Positions 50,483 through 59,447 of a DNA stretch of 64,000 nucleotides are shown here, piece by piece (the first letter of the stretch is position 1; each line of letters begins with the position of its first letter). A program made the translations under genes and the position numbers. The notes below the pieces were generated by a model that saw only the letters and a list, made by a program, of their open reading frames with translations, had not been told where the DNA came from and searched no databases. Source of the stretch: Gemmatimonadales bacterium (GTDB lineage: Bacteria; Gemmatimonadota; Gemmatimonadetes; Gemmatimonadales; GWC2-71-9); the NCBI GenBank assembly GCA_965249575.1, contig OZ252244.1, forward strand, positions 2,464,001-2,528,000. The letters run 5' to 3'.

Positions 50483-51264
50483 GGGCCCTTGGCCTCCTCG
50501 GAGAGCACGGTGAGCGCGATATCGACTAGACGGTCGATCTCGTCCTTCGCTGTCTTTGATAGCGTCGAGTCGATCCGGTCATCGCGGGCCGCGAAGGCGG
50601 TGAGGAGCCGCTTCAAGTATCCGATCAATGCGACCCGCCCGAGAGCGGCCTGGCGGTTTGCCTCCGAATCGTCTTTCTGGCGGCTGCGAAGACGCTCGTA
50701 CCGATATGCGTTTCGCAGTGCCTTCGCGGTCAAACTCCCGATGACCTGGCAGAACCGCACGTCAGCGTCCGAGAACGTCGGTCCATCGCGGAATGTCCGG
50801 AGGAACATCGCGCCGATGGCTACTCCGCGCCATGTGATCGGAACGACCGTGATGGATTTGACGCGGCGCATCTCGAGGGCACCGCGGATGTGCTTCAGAT
50901 TCGGGTCCGCTTGCGCATCCGGGATGAACACGACCTCGCCGGACTGTAGCGACCGTTTGAGCTCAGGGTAACGCTCGAGGTCGACCACGAAATTCCGGAT
51001 GGTCGGGTCTTCATAGGATGCTACGAGACGGGCTGAGACTCCGCCGCGCTCCGTCAAGAAGATCGAGCATCGGTCGAGACCGAACGCCTCGCCGAGCTTG
51101 CGCGTGATGGCCTGCAGGATATCGACGAAGTGTAAGCTGCCGGAGATTTCCTCGAGGATCTCTATGACGGCGAGAAGGTGCTTGCGCTCGTGCTCGAGCT
51201 CCCTGATGCGACCGTGCAGGTGTTCGACGTCATTCGACTCGTCGAGCGCATTGCTCTCCGACAT
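50479..51264 (-). CDS. Stand-alone GAF domain protein
   Basis: Coiled coil then GAF (DRCSIFL, VFIPDA..DP, SITVVPI...IG, FSDAD). Confidence 0.8.
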   Translation of the reverse strand: MSESNALDESNDVEHLHGRIRELEHERKHLLAVIEILEEISGSLHFVDILQAITRKLGEAFGLDRCSIFLTERGGVSARLVASYEDPTIRNFVVDLERYPELKRSLQSGEVVFIPDAQADPNLKHIRGALEMRRVKSITVVPITWRGVAIGAMFLRTFRDGPTFSDADVRFCQVIGSLTAKALRNAYRYERLRSRQKDDSEANRQAALGRVALIGYLKRLLTAFAARDDRIDSTLSKTAKDEIDRLVDIALTVLSEEAKGP

Positions 51265-51466
51265 GCGATCTCCAGTATACAGGCGGGCGTGGTGAAGTTT
51301 GGCGTACTCGACGGAGGCCCGTCAAGTCGCTACAATGCAAGTGGCGGTTGAGCCGGATGCGCCCCCTCCGAGACACGACACCCGGTGTGGAAATTCAACA
51401 GGTTCTGAATCGGTGGCGAATTGATGAGCGGTTCCCGGCTCCGCAGTCCCACCCTTGGGAGAGCAG

Positions 51467-51799
51467 ATGCAGGTGATTGAAGACGGAGACCTGGACCAAA
51501 ACGATCACGACGACCTCGAATATGACGAGGACGCGGCCGCGGTGCTGGAGGCCGAGGGCCACACCGGCGCCGTCGGGTTCCTGCTGGGCTTCACCCTCGG
51601 CGCCGTGGTCGGGGCGGGTATCGCCCTTGTCCTCGCGCCCGCGGGCGGGAAGGTGACCCGACGCCGACTCACCGGGCTGGTTCGCGAGTTGAAGGATGAT
51701 GCGACCGACCGGTTCGGGGACGTTCAGGAAGACCTCGGGAAAAAGGTGAAGCGGGAGCGCCGCCGGATGAAGCGTCGGCTCGAACGCTACCGTTCCTGA
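51467..51799 (+). CDS. YtxH-like protein
   Basis: FLLGFTLGAVVGAGIALVLAPAGGKVTRRRL. Confidence 0.8.
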   Translation: MQVIEDGDLDQNDHDDLEYDEDAAAVLEAEGHTGAVGFLLGFTLGAVVGAGIALVLAPAGGKVTRRRLTGLVRELKDDATDRFGDVQEDLGKKVKRERRRMKRRLERYRS

Positions 51800-51839
51800 C
51801 CCTGCCGTGAGCTCTGGGCCGGGCGTACACCGAAGCGGC

Positions 51840-52037
51840 TCAGCCTCTCGGAGTTCCCGGTCCCCAGTCGGGTAGCTGGTCCTCCGCGTCTTCCGGGGTT
51901 GAGAACGTGCTCAATCCCCTGACCTCCTCCTCAGCCTCATCGAGATCCGGATCCTGCGGCTGGGCGTATCCCCCCCTCCGAATCACGAGCCAGACCAGAA
52001 GGGCCACTAGCAGGGCCAGAAGGAATATCAATCCCAT
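51840..52037 (-). CDS. Small single-pass membrane protein
   Basis: N-terminal TM, acidic tail; overlaps the arsC stop. Confidence 0.6.
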   Translation of the reverse strand: MGLIFLLALLVALLVWLVIRRGGYAQPQDPDLDEAEEEVRGLSTFSTPEDAEDQLPDWGPGTPRG

Positions 52038-52426
52038 AAGTCAGAGAGGCGATCGCGGATCTGGTCACGAGCCGCGCGGAATGCCTCCAGCCGCTCCGCA
52101 TTCGAGCCGGTGACCGCCGCGGGATCTGGCAGCGGCCAAGTGAGTCGCTGAGCCCGCCCCGGTACGACGGGACATACCTCCTCAGCACACAGCGTCACGA
52201 GGACGTCCGCCTCGTCGAGCGGGATCTCTTCCGTTCCCTTCGAGCGGTAGTGGCTGATGTCGATCCCGATCTCCCGCATGGCTTCGACCGCCAGGGGGTT
52301 GACGCGCCCGGGGTTCGACCCAGCACTGAAGAACCTCCACGTGCCGGGTCCGAAGGCTCTCGCGAGTCCCTCCGCCATCTGGCTCCGGGAGGAATTCGCG
52401 ACACACAGGAACGCGACCGTCGACAT
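52028..52426 (-). CDS. arsC: Arsenate reductase / LMW phosphatase family
   Basis: CVANSSRSQMAE, LC...CP, DPA. Confidence 0.88.
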   Translation of the reverse strand: MSTVAFLCVANSSRSQMAEGLARAFGPGTWRFFSAGSNPGRVNPLAVEAMREIGIDISHYRSKGTEEIPLDEADVLVTLCAEEVCPVVPGRAQRLTWPLPDPAAVTGSNAERLEAFRAARDQIRDRLSDLWD

Positions 52427-52457
52427 CTCTCTCGTGATGAACTTGGGGGGGCAGGTG

Positions 52458-52835
52458 TTAAGTACGCTTCGGGCCTGCTTGCGATCGAACGAGGACCAGT
52501 ATGGCGGCTTGAGGAACCACTAGATACCGCTTCGACTCGTACGTGATCTCAACCGCGGCCTTCCTGAAAAACAAAGCGAAATCGCCGGTCAGTGGCTGCA
52601 TGGGCACGTAGCGGGTCTCCGTCCCCCCGAGCTTCCAGGGCTCCTCGTCGGAGTCTGATGGATCCGGCAGCGCCGTCCCGGGCCCGGTGGCCACGACGCG
52701 TCCGCTCTGCACGGCCTGGCGATCGATGGCCGTAGGGGGTAGGTAGAGCCCAACACCCGTGCGCTCCTCGCCCTCTTCTGGAACGATCAGCACACGATCG
52801 CCTACAACGATCAGTTCTTTGGGTGGCTCATCCAT
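52458..52835 (-). CDS. GroES-family co-chaperonin paralog
   Basis: GDRVLIVP...TGVGLYLP...GRVVATGPG. Confidence 0.8.
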   Translation of the reverse strand: MDEPPKELIVVGDRVLIVPEEGEERTGVGLYLPPTAIDRQAVQSGRVVATGPGTALPDPSDSDEEPWKLGGTETRYVPMQPLTGDFALFFRKAAVEITYESKRYLVVPQAAILVLVRSQAGPKRT

Positions 52836-53030
52836 GGGCGCTAGACACTCCCGATCCGTAGCAGGTCGTGAGGCGTTCGCTGGGCCGCTCTGCTCGGTCC
52901 GGAATGCCCGTATGAGTGCAATCAAGGGCGCTGCACCCATGGGCGCCAGTGCTGGCTCGAGCTTGACCGAATGCCAAGTGTCGCGCAACCTAGTTGTGAT
53001 AACGGTGGCATCGTCCGTGGAGGGGTCTGC

Positions 53031-54092
53031 ATGGATCAGTCGAGCTTGACCGTGTTCGTGCTGTTCAGCACGGTCGCATTGCGCCTCGCCATCGTACTCG
53101 GTGCGGTTTGGCTTTTTGTTCCGAGGCGGCGCACATGTCCTCATTGCGGCGAGACGACCGCTCGCCTGCTCGGCCCCAGGCTCGCGGCCTTTCTCAAACT
53201 CGAGCGGCGCTTCTGCCTCGAGTGCGGGTGGTCGGGCATCTCCAAGCGGGATCGGCGTTCGGCCGTCGCGGACGGCCGCCCGAGAATCCCGACCGCATCC
53301 GTCATCCTGATCGCGATCGCGGGGTCTTCCTGCGTGTCGTCTGGCGACCGAGTCCGTGCCGTGTTCGACGGCGGAGCCACGTGGGTCGACCTGAGCTACA
53401 CCTTTAGTGATGAAACGATCTACTGGCCGACGGCCCAGTCCTTCTCGCTGGAGCGCGTCGCCGCAGGCATGACCCCTGGTGGTTACTTCTACGCCGCCAA
53501 CAATTTCAGCGCCGCCGAGCACGGGGGCACCCACCTCGACGCGCCGATTCACTTCGCGGAGGGCAGGCTCACGACGGATTCGATTCCGCTCGATCGCCTC
53601 ATCGGGCCGGCGGTCGTGGTGGACGTCAGTGCGCGCGCTTCGGCCGATCCCGACTATCAGGTGACCGTTGCAGACCTCAAGGCGTTCGAGTCGGAGCGAG
53701 GCTTAATTTCGGCCGGTGCGATCCTGCTCATTCGGACGGGGTGGGGGAGCCGTTGGCCCGACCGGCAGTCATATCTCGGCACCGATCTGGCCGGTCCGGA
53801 TGCCGTGCCCCATCTCCGATTCCCCGGGCTCGCCGCCGCGGCGGCGACCTGGCTGGTGGCCAACCGCTCGATCGATGCCATCGGGATCGACACACCGAGC
53901 ATCGACCGAGGACAGTCGACCACGTTCGACAGCCATCGCATCCTCTTCGATGCGAACGTTCCGGCGTTCGAGAACGTCGCCCGCCTCGACCAGATGCCCG
54001 AGACCGGGAGCTTCGTTGTGGCACTCCCGATGAAGATTGGCGGCGGAAGCGGCGGTCCGCTGCGGATCGTAGGGGTCATTCCCGATCCCTAG
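53031..54092 (+). CDS. Cyclase (kynurenine formamidase-like) with N-terminal TM and zinc-ribbon extension
   Basis: EHGGTHLDAPIHF, GIDTPSID, ENV, GSGGPLR; N-terminal CPHC...CLEC; GGAGG RBS. Confidence 0.85.
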   Translation: MDQSSLTVFVLFSTVALRLAIVLGAVWLFVPRRRTCPHCGETTARLLGPRLAAFLKLERRFCLECGWSGISKRDRRSAVADGRPRIPTASVILIAIAGSSCVSSGDRVRAVFDGGATWVDLSYTFSDETIYWPTAQSFSLERVAAGMTPGGYFYAANNFSAAEHGGTHLDAPIHFAEGRLTTDSIPLDRLIGPAVVVDVSARASADPDYQVTVADLKAFESERGLISAGAILLIRTGWGSRWPDRQSYLGTDLAGPDAVPHLRFPGLAAAAATWLVANRSIDAIGIDTPSIDRGQSTTFDSHRILFDANVPAFENVARLDQMPETGSFVVALPMKIGGGSGGPLRIVGVIPDP

Positions 54093-54111
54093 CACCGCGC
54101 CCTGACCCGGC

Positions 54112-54780
54112 TCACCGCCGAGCCACTGGTTCCATGCGAGCGAGCCGCCGGAGATTGCCGGCGAACCGTACGCCGAGCACGCCCAACATGCACACGATCA
54201 ACACGACGGCCGCCAAGTTGGCGAGCTGAGCCAACGCCAGCGGGGGATCGCCCGCATAGGCAGCCACGGCGATCGCGGTGTTGCACCCGATCAGGATAAT
54301 GCGCGCCTCGGTCGGCCCGAGGCACCCGTAAGCGAGTCGAAAAACTCCGAACACCGCCGACTCGAGGTAGACATTGATCGAGAGTGCCAGGTAGGAAAGC
54401 ACGAGTACCAGTGCGAGCTCGAGCTGCACATACGGCGAGAGCCCGATCCCGATGCCCACGATCGCAGTCGAGAACGCGTCAACCAGGTGGTCTAGATAGT
54501 ATCCGTAGCGCGGACGTTCCCGCGCTCGCACGCGGGCCAGGGTGCCGTCCAGGCTATCTCCAAGCCAATTGACGAGTAACATGAGACTGGCCGCCCACAG
54601 CCAGCGCGGATCAACCCCGGAGAGCGTATAGGCTCCCACGGCGCCCACTGCGCCGATCAGGCCGACAGTGGTGAGGTAATTCGAGGTTACGCAGGCAGGC
54701 AGCCTCTTCGCGACGGAGCGGAGGAGGCGCCGTTCGGGGTCGGCGAGCAGGAAAGTCATTTCTCTTTGAGGAGTCGACAT
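54112..54780 (-). CDS. CDP-alcohol phosphatidyltransferase
   Basis: DSLDGTLAR...YGYYLDHLVD; alternative start 54759. Confidence 0.9.
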   Translation of the reverse strand: MSTPQREMTFLLADPERRLLRSVAKRLPACVTSNYLTTVGLIGAVGAVGAYTLSGVDPRWLWAASLMLLVNWLGDSLDGTLARVRARERPRYGYYLDHLVDAFSTAIVGIGIGLSPYVQLELALVLVLSYLALSINVYLESAVFGVFRLAYGCLGPTEARIILIGCNTAIAVAAYAGDPPLALAQLANLAAVVLIVCMLGVLGVRFAGNLRRLARMEPVARR

Positions 54781-55359
54781 AGCGAGTCTCCAAGTGTGAT
54801 AGCCGCCAGGAAGGCGCAAGCAGAAATCCTACCCAGGCGGGAACGACGATGGACACGCCGACCCATGCGAGCAGGACGTATCGTGGGAACCGTCCCGCGG
54901 CTACCGCCGCGAGGTAGCGGATCAAGGGATAGTCCGCAGCAAACGCCAGGGCCTTGACCGGCAAGAACGGGATAGGTGTGATCCGGCGAGAGCGATGAAG
55001 GCAAAGGGCGCGCGTGCGAAGTGCGCGCGGGTGGCCGCGAGCATACCGCGTCCCCCGACCTGATGACCGGCGATTCGCCGGATCAACCGCCGAAAGAGCC
55101 GATAGTCCAACCACGAAGCGGCAAGGGTCCCCGCGGTGGCCCAGCACGCGGTTCGCAGAACGCCCAAACGACTGCCGTACCACGCGACGACCGGCTCATG
55201 GGGCACGAGCGCCACGGCCACGTTCGCGATCAACGCCCAGGCGAACAGACTGAAGCACATGGAGCAACTGTACGCAGGAGGAGTCAAGCCAGAATCAAGA
55301 GCGTGTAGAACACCCCGTACGGGTCGGCGTAGGAGAGAGCATTGGGATCTCCGCATCAT
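54756..55359 (-). pseudogene. Frameshifted DedA/VTT-like membrane protein
   Basis: VPHEP...AFIALAG continues in another frame as ITPIPFLPVKALA...GRFPRY; second shift near 54830. Confidence 0.65.
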
Positions 55360-55434
55360 CGCGTGCCTCTATCCCCCGAAGCACCCCCGCTCTAGCTTTC
55401 GATGGATGGCAGGTCTTCATTCAGGGGCAGTCAG

Positions 55435-56766
55435 GTGAGCCGCATACTCCTCCTTACAATCGCGGCGGCCGTGCTCACGCGAGCAGGGTCGGCCGCGGCA
55501 CAGGACGGCCAGGTATACCGTATCTCGGTGACCGGTGTCATCGAGCTCGGGCTCGCTCCGTATGTGGGACGCGTGCTTGCAGACGCGGACGCAGCGGGGG
55601 CCCAGGCCGTCGTGCTGGACCTCGATACGCCCGGTGGGCGGGTCGACGCGGCCCAACAGATCGTCAAGTCGGTGGTTGCGGCGGAGGTTCCGGTGTACGC
55701 GTTCGTCAATCCCCACGCGTGGAGCGCCGGGGCGCTCATCGCGCTCGCGGCGGACTCGATCTTCATGGCGCCCGGATCGTCGATCGGAGCTGCAACGCCG
55801 GTCACCGGTGCGGGCGAGAAGGCCCCAGAAAAAATCGTCAGCGCGATGCGCAGCGAGTTCCGGGCGCTCGCGGAACGTCGGGGCCTCGATCCGCGAGTGG
55901 CCGAAGCCATGGTCGACGAAGATGTGGAGATCGAAGACGTCGTCGAGGCGGGGAAGCTGCTCACGCTCACCGCCGCTGAAGCCGAGGACGTCGGCGTATC
56001 GGAGGGGGAGATCGCGAGCCTCGACGCTCTCCTGGCGCGAGTTGGGCTCGAGGGCGCGGACGTCGAGAGCCCCGGGATCAACTGGGCGGAACAGCTCGTC
56101 CGATTCCTCTCGCACCCGGTTGTATCGCCGCTGCTCCTATCGGTGGGGATGCTCGGGTTGCTCATCGAGATCAAGAGCCCTTCGTTCGGTATCGCGGGCA
56201 TTACGGGGGCGCTCGCGCTCGCGGCTTTCTTCGGGAGCCACTTGATCATTGGCCTGGCGGGCTGGGAGGAACTCATCCTCCTGGCGGCGGGCCTGGTCGC
56301 GTTGGGGATAGAGGTGTTCGTGGTGCCGGGCTTTGGGGTCGCCGGAGTCCTGAGCATTCTCTTGATCGGATCCGCGGTTTTCCTGGCGCTGCTCGGAAGC
56401 CTCCCGACGTGGGCTGACGTCGCCCGGGCAAGCGGTGTCGTCTCGATTGCGCTCGGACTGGTCATCGCCGGCGTATATCTGTTGGTGCGGGAGCTGCCGG
56501 CTCGTCAGCGGTGGAGGGGTGTATTCCTTCGGGCAGCGACGGACCGGACCAGGGGGTACATATCGGCGCCGGTGCGGTCTGAACTCGTGGGGTCTAGCGG
56601 CGTCGCCGCCACGGACCTGAGGCCATCGGGAGTCGCGGTCGTCAACGGCGAGCGGATCGACGTCGTATCGGAGACCGGTTTTGTGGCAAAGGGAACGCTG
56701 GTGAAGGTTACCGCGGCGGAGTCGTATCGGCATGTGGTCACCCCCTTGGAGCCGACCCCGACGTAA
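55435..56766 (+). CDS. nfeD: NfeD-family membrane protein
   Basis: DTPGG, AWSAGALI, GAATP, TM region, C-terminal DLRPSG OB fold. Confidence 0.9.
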   Translation: MSRILLLTIAAAVLTRAGSAAAQDGQVYRISVTGVIELGLAPYVGRVLADADAAGAQAVVLDLDTPGGRVDAAQQIVKSVVAAEVPVYAFVNPHAWSAGALIALAADSIFMAPGSSIGAATPVTGAGEKAPEKIVSAMRSEFRALAERRGLDPRVAEAMVDEDVEIEDVVEAGKLLTLTAAEAEDVGVSEGEIASLDALLARVGLEGADVESPGINWAEQLVRFLSHPVVSPLLLSVGMLGLLIEIKSPSFGIAGITGALALAAFFGSHLIIGLAGWEELILLAAGLVALGIEVFVVPGFGVAGVLSILLIGSAVFLALLGSLPTWADVARASGVVSIALGLVIAGVYLLVRELPARQRWRGVFLRAATDRTRGYISAPVRSELVGSSGVAATDLRPSGVAVVNGERIDVVSETGFVAKGTLVKVTAAESYRHVVTPLEPTPT

Positions 56767-56805
56767 CGTCCGTCCCGACCGCGCAACCACAGCTTTGGAG
56801 TCATC

Positions 56806-57798
56806 ATGTTTGAACTGTTCCAGCTTGCGCCTTGGCTGTTTCCAATTCTGCTGTTCATCTTTGCGATCGTCGTCGGCGGGCTGCTCAGCTTCATCCCGGT
56901 TCGGCTTTGGATCGAGGCGCTCGCAGCCGGCGTGCGCATTGGGCTCGGCACGCTCGTCGGGATGCGCCTCAGGAAAGTGAACCCTGCGGCCGTCGTCCGC
57001 CCTCTGATCAACGCGACCAAGGCGGGCCTAGTCCTCAACATCGACATGCTCGAAGCGCATTACTTGGCGGGCGGGAACGTGGACCGGGTTGTGCGGGCGT
57101 TGATCTCGGCCGACAAGGCGGGGATCGAGCTGCAGTTCAACCGCGCAACGGCCATCGATCTTGCAGGGCGCGATGTGCTCGAGGCGGTGCAGGTATCGGT
57201 CAATCCCAAAGTGATCCAAACGCCTCGCGTCGCCGCGATGGCCAAGGACGGCATTCAACTCATAGCGATCGCTCGCGTCACCGTCCGGGCCAACATCCAC
57301 AGACTGGTTGGTGGGGCGGGAGAGGAGACCATTCTCGCGCGCGTCGGTGAAGGAATCGTTTCTACCATCGGGTCGGCATCGTCACACAAGGCGGTTCTCG
57401 AAAACCCTGATAACATCTCCAAGACCGTGTTGGCCAAAGGGCTAGACAGTGGTACGGCGTTCGAGATCCTCTCCATCGATATCGCCGACGTGGACGTCGG
57501 CAAGAACATTGGCGCGGAGCTCCAGACCGATCAGGCCGAGGCGGACAAGAGGATCGCGCAGGCCAAGGCGGAGGAACGGCGTGCGATGGCAGTAGCGCTC
57601 GAGCAGGAGATGAAGGCCCGCACCCAGGAAATGCAGGCGAAAGTCGTCGAGGCGGAGGCCGCCGTACCCCTTGCCATGGCGGAGGCGTTCCGCAGCGGCA
57701 ATATCGGCGTCATGGACTTCCAGCGGTACCGTAATATCGAGAGTGATACCGAAATGCGCCGCAGCATCGCGAAGGGAGACGGCCCGTCTGAGGCCTGA
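56806..57798 (+). CDS. floA: Flotillin-like FloA (YqfA)
   Basis: [41 protein letters not shown]. Confidence 0.93.
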   Translation: MFELFQLAPWLFPILLFIFAIVVGGLLSFIPVRLWIEALAAGVRIGLGTLVGMRLRKVNPAAVVRPLINATKAGLVLNIDMLEAHYLAGGNVDRVVRALISADKAGIELQFNRATAIDLAGRDVLEAVQVSVNPKVIQTPRVAAMAKDGIQLIAIARVTVRANIHRLVGGAGEETILARVGEGIVSTIGSASSHKAVLENPDNISKTVLAKGLDSGTAFEILSIDIADVDVGKNIGAELQTDQAEADKRIAQAKAEERRAMAVALEQEMKARTQEMQAKVVEAEAAVPLAMAEAFRSGNIGVMDFQRYRNIESDTEMRRSIAKGDGPSEA

Positions 57799-57803
57799 GG
57801 CCG

Positions 57804-58343
57804 ATGGACAATCTCTTTGAGCTCTTCATCGGCGGCCTCGTGCTGTTGTTCTGGCTGTTCGGAGGGAAGCGGCGGTCGTCGAACGCAAAAAAACCGGCGC
57901 CGCCCCGCCGGGTCCCATCACGGTCGGCTCCGACAGCGACAGTTGAGTCACGGGAGCCGGCTCGCTTTCCCCAAGAGCCGGTCGCCACGTCCGCACCGAC
58001 AGCCCGCCTGCCCGACGCAGAGAAGCTTCAGGAGCTGGGCGAGTTGCTCGGGCTCGACTGGGCCGGCCAGGTCGAGCGGGTCGAGGACGCGGCGACAGCC
58101 GGTGAGCCTCCGTCGCCACCATCTCCTGAGGCCCGTGGGGACGCCAGTCCGGCGCCGAGGACCTCGGGGCGCCCGCCCCCGCCCCCACCCCGCCCCGCCC
58201 CCGCCCGGGTCGACACCCCGCCACCCGAGGTTACCCGCGCGCCGTTTTCCAGCGCGTTGCGGACCCCCCTGACCCCGCGTTCCATGCAGGAGGCGGTCAT
58301 CTTGCGAGAGATTCTCGGCCCACCCAAGGCGCTCGAGCCCTAG
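57804..58343 (+). CDS. YqfB-like Pro-rich membrane-anchored protein
   Basis: N-terminal TM; C-terminal AVILREILGPPKA; follows floA. Confidence 0.7.
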   Translation: MDNLFELFIGGLVLLFWLFGGKRRSSNAKKPAPPRRVPSRSAPTATVESREPARFPQEPVATSAPTARLPDAEKLQELGELLGLDWAGQVERVEDAATAGEPPSPPSPEARGDASPAPRTSGRPPPPPPRPAPARVDTPPPEVTRAPFSSALRTPLTPRSMQEAVILREILGPPKALEP

Positions 58344-58377
58344 ACGGCGCATTACAGGGACGGTCGCGGCGAGTCCC

Positions 58378-58405
58378 TCAAGCGACCCCAGTCACCGGTC
58401 GATAA
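58378..58405 (+). promoter_or_regulatory. Putative sigma28-type promoter
   Basis: TCAAG-15 bp-GTCGATAA upstream of the HDOD gene. Confidence 0.45.
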
Positions 58406-58521
58406 CTGAAACAAGAAACCTGAGCACCGAGCGCGTGCGGGCGATGGCTCGTCGACCTTGGCGGTAGTCACGGCCGGCGGCCCGGTCCGTTCACCGTGAC
58501 GGGCACTCTGGGAGGCCGGCC

Positions 58522-59447
58522 ATGGCGAGAGTACGAGTAGATGCGTTGCAAGAGGGCATGGAGCTGGCGTCAGACGTCTTGTCCAATACCGGGCAGGTGC
58601 TCGTCCGATCGGGCACGGAGCTTTCCGAACGCGAGATCCGGTTGTTCAACATGTGGGGAATCTCCGACATCGAGATCGAAGGCGATGAGGGCGAGCTTGC
58701 GGAGTCGGTGGCGGCGCTCGACCCCGCACTCCTCGCCAAGTACGAACCCGAGGCAAAGAGCTTGTTCCGCCACGCGAAGATCGACCACCCGTTCATGGCT
58801 CCTCTCTTCCGAGAATGCGTCGCGGGTCTCGCGCGAGAACATGCGTCTCAAGGTGCGGCTCCAGCCGCGAACGGGAATCCAACGAAGGGTACCTCGTCGA
58901 ATCCCCCGCCCTCCAAGTCCATTGCCGAGCTGCTCAGCGACTCGACGGCCACCGCGTCGCTCCCGTCGATCTACATCCGCCTCACCGAGGTCATGAACGA
59001 TCCGCGTAGCGCGACCGCCGATTTCGGCGCCGTGGTGAGTGACGACCCTGGCCTCACCGCTCGCTTGCTCCGTCTCGTCAACTCCGCCTTCTACGGCTTT
59101 CCGTCGAAGATCGAATCGGTCACGCAGGCCCTCTCAGTCGTCGGGACGAGCCAGCTCAACGACCTGGCGCTCGCCACGTCGGTGCTTCGGGTGTTCAAGG
59201 GTGTCCCTAAAGAGTTCGTCGACATGGACTCGTTTTGGCGGCACAGCCTGGCGTGCGGGGTGTGTGCTCGCGTTCTCGCGGCCCAGCGCCGGGAATCCAA
59301 CGTCGAACGGCTGTTCGTCGCCGGCCTACTCCATGATCTCGGTCGCCTAATCCTGTATCAGCGGCATGGAGAGGCTGCGGCCACTGCGTTCCACCGGAGC
59401 ACCAGTACGATGCTGGCGTGCAAGCCATGCTGCAGGCCGGGGAATGA
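58522..59447 (+). pseudogene. HDOD domain protein with internal deletion
   Basis: [33 protein letters not shown], then breaks; apparent tail [16 protein letters not shown] in another frame. Confidence 0.7.

Noticed and set aside
58170..58225. C-rich low-complexity tract
   Set aside because: Explained by the poly-proline linker of the YqfB-like protein
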